A DNA stretch of 64,000 nt from Phoronis australis. Its lineage: Eukaryota; Animalia; Phoronida. Both the position numbers and the translations under genes were made by a program. The stretch lies in NCBI GenBank assembly GCA_002633005.1, contig NMRA01000920.1, positions 5,974 to 69,973 on the forward strand. Reading direction: 5' to 3'. Positions 1 through 11,371 of this stretch are shown in pieces; within the stretch, counting starts at the first letter, position 1; every line of letters starts with the position of its first letter. The notes below the pieces were generated by a model that had not been told where the DNA came from, made no database searches, and worked only from the letters and a program-made list of their open reading frames with translations.

Positions 1-2596
1 TTTGATGGTGCCTTACGATTTGTAATTACTCTTAAACAACAGAAAGATTATCCATCATTTTTAAATGACCCAAGTCTTCATATCTTCTATTAGAAGAAAA
101 ACGGTTCCCTCAACCTTAGGTTAGAAGTATGCTTGACAGACCCATGAACCTTTAATCTGAGTTTAAAATTGCTGAAAATATCAAAATTAAAAAGGCTTGA
201 AAATTGGTAACAAAGTTTGAAGTTGTCTCAAAAAACTTGTATATTTTACAGATAAGTGATGCGTTTAAAGAATTGTTATGGCTAGGGATAAAAAATAAAG
301 ACACAGTTTTATGCAATACTCATTATATACACCCTTGGTTTCTGAAAATAGTAATTATTTACTTTTATGTGAAACTGTAAACCAATCACCATATATTTTT
401 GAAAAACAGGGATAACATTTTTGATCCAATCTGGAGTACTTAATTATTCATATTTCAATATTTGTTCCAGGTTCAGTGACATTTTAAGGCCACTTCAAGC
501 TGTATCATATACAAGCTTTGTTACTCCGTTCTCTTCCCACAGCACTTCCACACACCAGCAGTGCTGCATGGCACAATGTGCAAGTCAGTGGCCCTGGAGA
601 AATATGTACTAAGTTACCGTAAGACAATGTGCCAGTGGAGTGTCTGTGTATCCACACGAACTATATCTGACTGCTACACAAATAAGCCTTGTTGGTGAGG
701 ATGCTCTTTCATAGGCAATGAGTCATGTGTGGACAATAGCTTATTTCCTTTCCTGAAAGAAAAATGAGGGACTGAAGCTAACGAAGACCTAGTCACCCTC
801 TGGTATAGTTCAGGGTCTGATTTTGGGCTAAAAACGATTCAAGTGATATGCTGCTGTGTTTACCTTCAAGGGTCTAATTGTGGATGTTATTGAGGCTGAA
901 TGAGGTTACATAGAAAGAAAGCCCCCTTTTGAAACTGGACCTTTTTATAAGCCCTTCTATAAGCCATTGAAACTAGAACCCAGTGAAATGAAAGCCAAAA
1001 GCTGAGTGACATTAAATTTTCCTTTCAGAAGAAAGGCTTTATACCATTGGTAAAAACTTTTCAATTTGGTACAGATTATGGGGAAATGACATTCAGTGAC
1101 TGCATCGATTGTCTTATTGTATGTTTTCAATTCTAGCTAGCTGGATAAGAATCTGCTATGAACAAAATTCGAGAATAAAAAAATTATCAGTGTATTTAAA
1201 AACAAATGGCAAACTGAAAAAGCACAGAAAGAAACAACATTGCGAGGGAGTCCATAATCAGGCATATCAATTTCTGATTTACGTTCAATTCTCTCAGGTT
1301 ATTGCTGAAGGATTGATTTTCACTTTATCCAACGGTGAAGTAGGTGGTCAGGTGGTTGGTTTCAGTTGTTTTTTCTTGCTTGCAACAGAATAGAAATATT
1401 AGCAAATTATAAAAGAAAAGACAAGACAAAACTACTTTTGTAAGGCAGAACATACTTGACATTTCATGTTTATGTGTAGAAACTAATAACCGTTGTACCC
1501 AAGTCTTATTTAATATCTGAATTAAAATATGTGAAACAGGCTAAAAGTGATTTAACAATGTGTATTTTTCATGACACTTAAAATGTGCTTCTGATCTCAA
1601 CAAGTAAAATTCATTCCAGGTGTCAATTTTTTTCCAATACAATGTTACGACATTTACTGAATTAAGGCTTATTCATGTTAATTCGATAACTGAGCTGGTG
1701 GTCCTGGGGGTGGGGTCCACGATAAAATAAGGAAACTCACTCATCTAGAGAATTTTATTGGAAACAGCATAGTTTTGAAGAGAAACTGCTGTGAAAAAGT
1801 CACTCTTGACTTCTGTGCATCACGTACCATACACCTCTTATTTTGGGAGCACTCCCACCCAGGACAATATGAATATGTGCTGCAAGCCTACCCGGCATCG
1901 GGTGAGTTTCCAAAAAGAAACACTTAGTTCCACTCAATAAAACTGTTATTCAGTGGGGTAACTGGTGGGAATAACATCACCGAACGATGTTGATAGAAAC
2001 TGATTGCTAAAAACTTACCAAGTAATGTTGTGTAGTCTCCGAATGGAACTGCATAGTCATAGACATAGAGCACACACGGGGCTTCAGCATCCACACACTT
2101 TTTGTCAGTTAGTTGACCCTGTTGACCGCAATTGTCCACGAATATAGTAACCTTAGGTCTTTTGGGAATTTGTGGCCACCTGTCGAAGACTTGCACAAAG
2201 AAATTAGCAGTAATAAGGCTTAGCGCGACGACGTATTTTGATAAAAATTCCATCTTTTACCAGTTGTTTACATGCAGACAGCCACGCATGCGCAATTCAA
2301 TCACCACTAGTACAGCAGCGACACCGCGAGGAGAATTCTCCGAATAGACCCATTTCATGCAAGTGTCTGAAACTACCTTTGAATATATGCAGCATTTATC
2401 ATTTGACCATTTTACTGCGACAAAACAGCTTGCAACCGCATGCATTTACCGTTCGCCACTGTCTGGTCTCGATCCGCACCGGGTCCGATAGGCTGCGGTC
2501 CCGAGTCTGGCAAAATAATTTCTGTCAAAATTTATTCGCCACATTTCTTCAGCAAATTCCATAAAACTGTCCGCAGTTTGATTTTAACAAAATTAA

Positions 2597-2856
2597 GGCG
2601 CGCTGTCGATTTATTTATCCCCGTTTGCTGGCTGGTAACAGTACGGGCACTGCTCCAGTCGCACTGAGGGTGTGTTCTCGGCCTGGGTTCCTTCCGGGTT
2701 CGCGGCAAGTTCAAAATGGCGGTGTTTCTTCGGGTGCGAATCGTGAGTGGCGCGTTCATTTAAACTGTTTTCGAGTACGGATCGTGTATTAGTTATGGGG
2801 TAGGTACTTCTTGGATCCTTATAACATCTTCTAATCATGTAATAAGGGTTAACAAC
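2597..2856. repeat. Dispersed repeat; second copy at ~41733-42143
   Basis: Co-linear similarity (gcgctgtcgatt..atccccgtttgc..ggctggtaacag; ttccgggttcgcgg.aagttcaaaatggcgg; gtgtattagttatggggtagg.acttcttggatccttataacatc) between the two loci. Confidence 0.85.
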
Positions 2857-4642
2857 TTTAATTCCAAGTTCACGTACAACAATCTCGTCTGATTGGTAAT
2901 TACATCGCCCTGGATGCCGCGGGAATACAGGGACGATAGTGCATCCCACAAAAAGTTACTCATTTCAAAATACAGGAAATAAAATCAAATGAAACATGCA
3001 TATGTGCACATGGAGTTATAAACAACTCATACCATAAGTTTGAAAACGATTCAGTCAAGATAATTTGAACAATGAAAATCTGTCGCTGTTTGCTCGAGTT
3101 TCTCTTACCCGCGGGTGCCATTTTGAGGAAGTTACGTGAAATCACGCATGTTGACGAATAAAAAGTCCAAGGGACACAAATCTTACAAATTTCACCTGAT
3201 ACCGTCTCATGCTATTTTGCAAGTGTCACGCACTAGTGTCACGCGCTTTGCTCAGTCTCACGCTAGCATTTTGCTTAACTCACGTGACTCAGTTGACTCA
3301 TACTTTGTGGTTATCGCGCGCGAGGTGAAAAAGTAAACTGCAGCCAAAAAAGTGGAGTTCGAATTCTTTGCCAAAGTCATCCTAATTCTCACACTACTAA
3401 GCTTCATCGAAGATATGTATCAAAATAGAAAGGACCAATGATGAAAGTAAACGCTTTTTAAATGATAGTTTGAGTGTGGAATGTATTTTTGACGAGGTGA
3501 AGACTCAAAATCGCCGGGTGACCGGATTTGGGTAACCGCAAGTTTAAAATACATGTAACGAAATGCGTACAGAAAGCGAATAGAAGTATTGTAGCCCCTA
3601 AATGGCCAACCGAGGGGCTACGTGTTGCCTACTCGTTTGAGAGCTCGAAAGCCACATTTCTTGTAGGCTTAATACAGCTAATCAAAACAGAAATATCTCT
3701 GGGCTTCCCTTAGTGATCGAAATTTTGTTTAATGATTTACCACTGAAGGGAGCAGCAGAGATTTCCGAGGGGTTTTCCCGGCCGAGGCCGGGCTTTTTAG
3801 TTACAGGAAGCAGTGGTTACCCGCGCTCTGACTCCCCATGCAGAGTCGAGGCAACACGTAGCCCCTCGGTTGGCAGGTTATAGGGCTACAATACTTCTTA
3901 TCGCTCTCTGTACTAATTTCGTCCGGTGTATTTTCGGGGAACGGGCGGTAGGCCAAATCCGGCCACCGATTAGGAGTTTTCACCTCGTCAAAAATACATT
4001 CCACACTTAAAACTATCACTCAAAAAAGCGCTTACTTTCTTCAGTGGTCCCTTCTACTTCTATCTTCGATGAAGCTTAGTTACGAGAAATCATGCAACTT
4101 TGGCGAAGAATTCCAACTCCACTTTTTTGGCCGTTACCGTTAACTTTTTCACCACCCGCGCGATAACCACAAAGTATTTTAACTGCGTAATGTGAGTTAG
4201 GCAAAGGCTAGAGCGTGAGACCATAGATTATAGACAACAGATTCGCAACTCCGGCATATTCTTACGAGCTGAGATGAACTCTCCTGACCTATCTGCTGCA
4301 GTTTCCGGTCAGTTTAATTTGACGAGAAATACTTGCATCTACTTTACTGTCCAAAACAGCGAAAAAACATTAATTTATATTGATTTCGGTATTGAAACGC
4401 TTTTCAAAGTCTATCAATAGTAGAAGTGTTGGTATTGTGAGTACTTTTGGCAATGCTACTGGTAATTAATTTCAAAATTCAAACTTCGGTTCCGACCCTT
4501 TATGTCGTCTGCTTGCCCAATAGCAGCATAGTTATCGGACAGTTTTTGATTTACGGTTCACATAGGCTTACTGAGAAAACTACGAAAGCGTGTTTATAAA
4601 TCAACATTCTCAAGTGAGCAGTTCTTCTGGGAAGTGTTGAGT

Positions 4643-4689
4643 GGCCCTTAAAAGGCCGTTGGTTGTAGGCAATGGTTCTTAAAAGAACC
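4643..4689 (-). terminator. Two tandem histone-type 3' stem-loops
   Basis: Minus strand reads CAAC-GGTTCT-TTTA-AGAACC-ATT (4674-4689; 6-bp stem, 4-nt loop), then CCAAC-GGCCT-TTTA-AGGGCC-ACTCA (4643-4657; one base short), then purine-rich CAGAAGAAC. Matches the metazoan histone stem-loop pattern GGYYYU-UUUM-ARRRCC. Confidence 0.7.
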
Positions 4690-4699
4690 GTTGAATAAT

Positions 4700-5017
4700 T
4701 CAACATAAATCACACAGTATACCATGCTCACTCAAGTACTGAAGGTCCTCACTCTTCATTCAAGTTTTCATCTGGGAAGGTTGGATGAAAACAGAGGAGA
4801 TGACAATATCGATGACAGTTGTAACACCTTAGATAGATATTACCGTTCACCAACGTTGTCACGAACCCTGCATCGTTCAGTTCTTGTTCCTGTGTCCATA
4901 AATAATCCTGAACTGTAGGAAAAAAATGACAACACAACGAATCAAATTTCGAAAATCATCGCCTTCGTACGATTCCGTGTTGCTGTCGCCAGACTGATGT
5001 TCTTCTCCAACGTCCAT
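4700..5017 (-). pseudogene. Intronless single PHD-finger (C4HC3) mini-gene, ~105 aa, two frameshifts
   Basis: Manual translation: MDVGEEHQSGDSNTESYEGDDFRNLIRCV/CHFFPTVQDYLWTQEQELNDAGFVTTLVNGNIYLRCYNCHRYCHLLCFHPTFPDENLNEE/EDLQYLSEHGILCDLC*, i.e. CxC...Cx2Cx4Hx2C...Cx2C. Confidence 0.65.
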
Positions 5018-5513
5018 TGTAAAAAATCGACGTTGCAAGTGATGGAAACTTGTCTACGCTCTCGTCCTTTGTTTCTAACCTTTAACCCATTTTTTAATAA
5101 AGGGGTGTACTGTTTTTGTCTCATGTTGATAGTGCATAATCTATGGTTTTACAATGTATTAATCGTGTTAAATGCATATATATGAACTGGTCTCATTGAG
5201 GTGCACAGCAAATAAATTAACTATAACAAATTAAAGTTTTGAAAATATAAAGAGCAGTAACAGACTCCCTAAAAATCAGGCTTGTTTTCGAAAGGTTTGC
5301 GCCATTGGTGATCCGATTGGTTCAATCGCTTGCGGCGGGAAAATGATAGACCCAGTTATTGTGCGCGTGTACACTGTATCAATGCTTTGTATCTTATTCT
5401 TATTTGTCTAATCTGTTGATACAGTAAATTTCCTTATTTATGCCCATCCTGATTTAACCCCGACTTGAGCTCCTTGGGTTCTACCATATTGGGGCTGTCC
5501 AGGGACTCACGTG

Positions 5514-5652
5514 CATGCGCGCACCCAGTCTTCAAAATGGGGGGCTCGAATTCCTGACGTTATGGACCTGTTGTTAACAAGAGAGCGGGCAGACCTTTTT
5601 GCCCACTTCGCCAAATGGGGGGGCTCGAACCCCCCCTCCGAGTGCGCGCATG
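5514..5652. mobile_element. CATGCGCGCAC-TIR MITE (hAT5-like), 5-bp TSD ACGTG
   Basis: acgtg|CATGCGCGCACCC...GAGTGCGCGCATG|acgtg. Confidence 0.85.
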
Positions 5653-5931
5653 ACGTGGTGCTTACTCGAATGAGTTTCATTTTAGCGGCTATTTCCAATT
5701 GTGTAGGTGAAGTAAATTAACAAAGTGGATGATTATCATCACCGGTATTTCATCATTAGTATTTTTGTCGGCCTCTCAAGTTTTCCGTGGGTCGGGATTG
5801 TCACATCTGTAAGGTAGACGTGTTTCAGTGAACCTCCATGTTTGTGGCGTTATTTATACCTGAAAAAACTTTGAAAAAGAAGCCCGCGTTTAAACCAGGA
5901 GCTTCATTGGGTGCAATTTGTGTAGACGTTT

Positions 5932-6088
5932 CATGCGCGCACCCAGCCTCTAATACGGGGGCTCGGATCTCTGGCAAAGTGGACCTTTTGCCAACAAAAA
6001 GCGTGAGAACTAAAATAAAAAACGGGGTACTGCCTTATTGTGGACTTTCGTCTCTTTCTCTTGGACTTTTCCCCTGGGTGCGCGCATG
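5932..6088. mobile_element. CATGCGCGCAC-TIR MITE (hAT5-like), 5-bp TSD CGTTT
   Basis: cgttt|CATGCGCGCACCCAG...CTGGGTGCGCGCATG|cgttt. Confidence 0.85.
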
Positions 6089-6849
6089 CGTTTGTCTACG
6101 TTGCTTGTTTTTATAAAGGTGGGCCTGTCTGCAGCCAACTACGGTAAATTCATAAAAGGTCACGTGCAGTGCAACTCAAGTTCATTACAAATTAAAAATC
6201 CGAACTTTCAAACTGTTTGATCTCAAATCAAAATTATGAAAATGCCACATAAAAGTATGAAATTGAAAATTAGCACACGTCAGCTTCACGTCCCTACCAC
6301 CCCCTTTATCTTGCTTGCTACCTCTTAGGGTTCATTTCCCTTGCTTCCGAGGTTTTTCGTTATTCTGGTATTTTCATAGACTGCAGCGTACTTGGCTAAG
6401 ATGGTTCAAGTTTTGTGCGGCATACAGTCGACATAAATAATTGAGTATGTAACCTGCTGTTGAATTGCGGGATAGATTTTGACAGGTCCAGGTATTTATT
6501 TCTGAAGTATTAATGTAATCTTTATTTATGTTAAAGGTTTTACTAGCGTCCTATTTATTTGTACACGAATGTGAATTTGTTGAAATCGCTGATCCAAATC
6601 CTGGCCAAATCTGCGCATTATGCTGAGACCAACCGTCTGATCAGGGCCACCTAAGAGTAATTTGGTTAATTCGCTCACTAGACTATGGCTGAAGGTCCTC
6701 GTAAGGACAAGAGTTCACCAGTCACTACCATTGGAAGAAATTTAGCGGACATTTTTCGTCAAAAAGTTTACCAGATAGTTTTCATCAAAACGGAGAAAAG
6801 AAAAATGGATTTGTGAAGACAGGATTAAGTAGTACCAGAGCCTCTTAAA

Positions 6850-7039
6850 AAACACCCATCTTCGAAGTGACGTGAACATATGTACAAGTTTTTTTGGAAG
6901 AACAACTTCCATTCACGTCGACGCGAGAACATAACTTTTTCTCCCACAGCGGATTTTGGGGTCTCCGTACACTATGGAAGCTAACGCCTCTGCATTTCGC
7001 CTGCGTAGCCGAACAACTGGCCACACAGCAGCCGACCAT
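6850..7039 (-). pseudogene. THAP DNA-binding domain remnant (transposase N-terminus)
   Basis: MVGCCVASCSATQAKCRGVSFH...P..W, then a frameshift to KNLYICSRHFEDGCF; this is the C2CH THAP signature. Confidence 0.85.
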
Positions 7040-8224
7040 GATTAGCAGACGACGTACTTGCCGGAAATTACACCAGATAATTTAGCCAGGTGTCGCCAGT
7101 GAATAATGACGTAAGGGCTTGTGCGCAAGCTCACAGATTTCGTCCATTGAAAGTATACGGAGTTGGCGGTCCATGTACTATAGTCTATGGTGAGACTGAG
7201 TAAAGCGCGTGACGCTGGCGCGTGACACTTGCAAAATAGCATGATGGGAAGGTATCAGGTGAAATTTGTAAGATGTGTGTCCCGGCTTGGACTTTTTATT
7301 CGTCAACATCCGTGATTTTACGTAACTTGTGGCACTTGGTAAGAGAAACTCGAGCAAACTACGACAGATTTTCATAGATTTGTTCAAATAATCTTCACTG
7401 AATCGCCTAAAGACTGATGGTGTGTATTAATTATAGCTCCATGGGCATAAATGCATTTTTAATTTGATTTTACTTTCTGTATTTTGAAATTCGTAACTTT
7501 TGTGGGGATTGCACTATCGCCCCTGTGTGATACATTATTGTAATTGCTCGAGCGACATAGCCCTATTTTCCCGTTCCACTAAAAACGCAGTACGTGATTT
7601 TTTGTGGAACCCGCAATTTCCCATTCGTTTGACAAAAAACGCGATTTTTTGCGGCGAGCATTTCACCCTTGCGTTTTGGCATAGACCCGGAAGTTCCGCT
7701 AATTATCCGGATGTCCCGCTTTATAATCCAGTTGTCCCGTTTTCTCTATCCAACAGGTGTTCAGTAAGGGTAATCTGAAAACCTAAGGTACGGAATTGGC
7801 CATTTAACATACTGCTAAAAGTGGAGAGTCATGCATAAATTGAGGTATAACTCTTTTACTGTAACGTATTTTGAAACCAAAATAGCCTGAAGGGCTAACA
7901 TTTGCAAGGTCATCGGGTGTAATGTTAGGTGACAAAAGTTTTGAAAGTACACTTTTATCTTGTCACCATGGTCCATTAAAGTGTACACTACATGACTCTA
8001 GTACCTCAAAATAAATTTTATTATTATATCTTACTTGATTTCAGTGCCTTTAGTGCATAGCTCATAAGAAACACGTAAAAATTGAAAAAAATAACAATTA
8101 TGTACAACGTCATGGGTTGAAGCCTCAGTCGTTCGTCATACTGTTCAGATCAGAGACAAATTTATTAAGAGTGGCGTGAAAGCAAAGTACATTTAGCGCC
8201 GAGAAGGTTCGTAGAGGGATCAAA

Positions 8225-8449
8225 AGATGCGTTTCCGGAGGTTGCAGCAACAGCTGATAACGTCTCGGTGTTCCGAAGGACACCAAAGTTGCGCAGAAGT
8301 GGCATCGCTTCGTGCGCCGAACGAGAGTGTGGAACCTCATCGTGGACCAAGCGATTCTGTCCGGGGCCACTCTGTGTTCTGCCCACTTTGAGGACTCGTG
8401 TTTCGACTCCAGTCACAGGAGATGTTACGATGAAGGCCTGGTTCAATAA
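8225..8449 (+). pseudogene. THAP domain remnant
   Basis: One frame with two stops: RCVSGGCSNS**RLGVPKDTKVAQKWHRFVRRTRVWNL...TLCSAHFEDSCF. Confidence 0.85.
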
Positions 8450-8482
8450 AGGACAATATTTATCATTCAAAAACATCGGCTC

Positions 8483-8731
8483 TTAATTCAGGATCGTCTG
8501 TTGGATGACTGGGTTGACTCGCCTAGCCCGAGGCCGCTTCTCTCGCGGGAGGATCCAGTCCATAAGGCTCAAAGTAGAAAAGTACGCAGCTGGAAGCACA
8601 TCAAACTTGTTCTCGCTTTCGTGCAACCCCATTTCCTCATCCTGGCCACCATTCCCGTACGTTTCTTCATAGTATTCATTCAATTCTTGCTCATAATCGT
8701 CGTCGCTTTCAAATTCACTGCTCTCCGCCAT
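8483..8731 (-). pseudogene. Acidic N-terminus of the second (KolX-like) gene of the Kolobok-like element
   Basis: gcc-ATG start, MAESSEFESDDDYEQELNEYYEE..., with YFEP in an adjacent frame; convergent with the THAP ORF. Confidence 0.4.
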
Positions 8732-9302
8732 TGTTCAATGCTAGTCACTGATCTCTTGTGTTCAACCCATGACGTCACATGGCGGGAAATGTGAAAATTG
8801 GCAAAATTGAAAGAAAAATAAAAATTTCGAGCTAATTACACAAAATAAACATGGGTTTAGCTAAATTTTACGTCATACATTTAGTCTGCGGCCACCGGTA
8901 ATTCAAAATGTGCAAAAATCCATGGTGTGTACTGTTTAACAGTTTCATGTTGACTTGCTGGTCGGTGATCGAATTGCACGAATTGTAATTTTCCTACGAT
9001 AATGGTTTGAGAGTCCGAGTCCACGGTACGTACGAATACACTGTCTGAAACGTCGTCGCCCGATTTGTTTCACTGCTGCTCCACGTTAATAGAGTTGCTC
9101 AGCAAATTTCGGAAATTTACAGAGCAGAACTGGCCTGAACACACTCCCCTCCTCGCTGGTGAAAATGATGGCAGAAGAGAATAATGGGTGTCTTGGGCGA
9201 AAAATGTTCTTTTATACAACAATATTAGCGTCAAACGGCAGATACAACCGTGTAATAACCCATAAAGTTATCTCACTAGTGAGATAACGATTTGGCGGGA
9301 AA

Positions 9303-9372
9303 CCGAGGACGGGGTCGAACCCGGTACCCTAATATTGCTGGTCGCCGACTTTACCACTACACCAAGCAGCGA
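9303..9372 (-). mobile_element. tRNA-derived SINE head or tRNA pseudogene
   Basis: Minus strand has Pol III A box TGGTGTAGTGG and B box GGTTCGACCC at tRNA-like spacing; acceptor stem does not pair well. Confidence 0.6.
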
Positions 9373-9916
9373 CTGACGTCATCAAGATTGAAAATATAAT
9401 ACTTAAATGAGCACGCGCAATAATCGCACGTTCAACAAACCGCATTGTACTGTACTTATATGCTACGAAAAATAAGACACATAATTTCCATAAAAATGAT
9501 ATCTTAATTCGGTGAGTTTTTTCTCGCATGTCCTCTTACTTGTAAATCACCGATGTCTAGTTTGAATGCGGGTATCGTGTCGTCAGGATCTTTGACTTGA
9601 GAATAATATTCAGTTACCGGTGGTAACCTACTTTAGCAGACGATAATTTCCCGGTCGAAGCTTAGCGTGAAAAAAAGTGTTTTAAGCTATAATAGTTGGT
9701 AAACCTTAATTTATAAATTCAAATTATTTCTATAATATTTAAGTTTTCAATTGGTGTTGAGTAAAAGCATTATTTGACAAAAATAGACAGGCTTTTCTTA
9801 AAAGGTCACGACCTCTGACCCCGGGCCTCTGACACAGAAAGTAGTTACAAAGCCGTGGAGAGTCAGAAAAGGTAAATCGATTCATTGCAATGTCTCTCGT
9901 TTAGTATGTGGTATAA

Positions 9917-10039
9917 ATAGATTATTACATGTTCTCAGCCGTTATCCCCCTTATGTGACGCCCCTCGGGCGATAATTCTCCAAAATCCACGAGGGCTCTA
10001 GATAACGGGGGATACCGACTTCGCCATGTAATAATCTAT
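9917..10039. mobile_element. Small hairpin MITE
   Basis: Perfect 15-bp IR ATAGATTATTACATG/CATGTAATAATCTAT plus inner IR CCGTTATC/GATAACGG. Confidence 0.65.
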
Positions 10040-11371
10040 ATTTATTCATGTTACAGGGGCCGGTAGAGAGGCTAAAATACGTTGCCCCTTAATTGGTACC
10101 GAGAGAGAGGAGCTATTAAATTGGTGGGTTGCGCGAGTTTGAGACCACGGCAATTACATTGGAGGCTTGTAAATAGACTTCAAAAGCACTGTACCATTGC
10201 TCGCATTGTCGCCAGGTCTAACCGACTGGGTGGGTTAAAGTTATGTCAAACCTTACTTAGTGGCCTCTATTTTAGCTTGTATATAAAAAACTAAGCTTTA
10301 TCAATTAGTAAATGTATATATTTTCTTGAAAAAGATCAGGTAATACAAAATGTGTTTTATACTTGTGTACCATTATTACTATCATTATTATATTCACACC
10401 TTTTAAATCAAATATTCATTTTTAAGAAATGTACATTCATAGCAGAATAACCCTTCGGTCGATTTTGACGTTTTTAAATGAAAACTTTCCCAGTTACCTC
10501 AAAAACGCTGTTAAGAATTTTTGATTAGTCTTTTCGTTTGGTTTCTAGGACAAACCAACTCGCAAAAGTAAGGTGTTTGTTTTGTAAAAAATAGCAGTCG
10601 TATTCGTCTTTGTTACATTACGCAAAAACTGGGTTTATATAGCGAAAATCGTGAATAAACATTAAGTTTTGAAAGTTTTGGAGAAATCCACCCAACCGTT
10701 TCCGAGAACTCGTGTTCTTTAGTTCGAATTAAGTCGATTTACCGAAGCCGAGAAAATCCGATTAAGTTGTGAGACATGAAAGTCTCAAGGTCTTCGGTTA
10801 GAACTAGTTTTCGTTCGGTATAACATATACATGCCTAACCATGTTCACTGTTTCAACATTCGCGCGCAATGTCAACTGAATTTGCAGTGCGTAATTACCT
10901 TAATTACCACAAAAACTTTCAATCAGCCACGTCGATTTCCAATGTGTGAGTCAAACTACGTCATGCAGGCGGAGCCAAGTAAACATATTAAGTTGGTCAA
11001 GCTGGTGCATTGTGGTCCACTTTAAAGTAGGTCAACAGTTCATTGTTATACACACCACCCCGTAAATGCAACCATGGGCCTCATCGGCGGACACATGTTC
11101 GTACAAGATGCTGCTTGGCTGCTTGTACAAGAACTCGATGAGAGACCAAACGTCACCACCGCTTTCAACATGGAAGCTCGGTAATGGCCCCCTGTAGTAG
11201 CCAAAGCAATGTGCCGTCAGCTATAATGTGACCTTGGCGGTATGAATGCAATCACGATAGTAGCAACAGATGGATCCTTCGATACTGCAATTAACCGTGC
11301 GTGATGCACCCCGGCCAACCCGCGATCGAGAACGCACGGAAGGCGATCGAGAACGCGACCTTACACCAAAA

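Larger units (their letters stand above)
4222..7189 (-). mobile_element. P-superfamily-like DNA transposon derivative (CATAG termini, 7-bp TSD GTGAGAC, THAP remnant)
   Basis: Ends CATAGATTATAG...CTATAGTCTATG. GTGAGAC is duplicated at 4215-4221 and 7190-7196, and removing the insert restores the host element's arm. A THAP domain starts 150 bp inside the right end. Confidence 0.75.
2928..7525. mobile_element. Palindromic (foldback/MITE-like) non-autonomous DNA element with ~700-bp arms; right arm split by a 3-kb insertion
   Basis: 2928-3630 is the reverse complement of 3845-4221 joined to 7190-7525. Ends are CAGGGACGATAGTGCA and TGCACTATCGCCCCTG. The ORF-track peptides at 3136(+) and 7178(-) are near-identical for this reason. 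TSD not clearly preserved. Confidence 0.85.
7980..8935. mobile_element. Kolobok-like internally deleted DNA transposon (TTAA flanks, two convergent gene starts)
   Basis: ttaa|AGTGTACACTACATG...CATGGTGTGTACTGT|ttaa (imperfect TIR). Internal inverted motif ACGTCATGGGTTGAA (~8107) / TTCAACCCATGACGT (8761). THAP on +, acidic ORF start on -. Confidence 0.65.

Noticed and set aside
480-2260. Possible minus-strand exons, including the 109-aa ORF at 1924-2253 and a Cys-rich patch near 540-600
   Set aside because: Stops in the plausible frames and no motif I can identify.
4600-5100. A histone gene upstream of the stem-loops
   Set aside because: No histone-like Lys/Arg-rich or histone-fold sequence in any frame I translated.
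9303-9372. Functional tRNA gene
   Set aside because: A and B boxes are present but the cloverleaf stems do not pair convincingly; treated as a SINE head or pseudogene.
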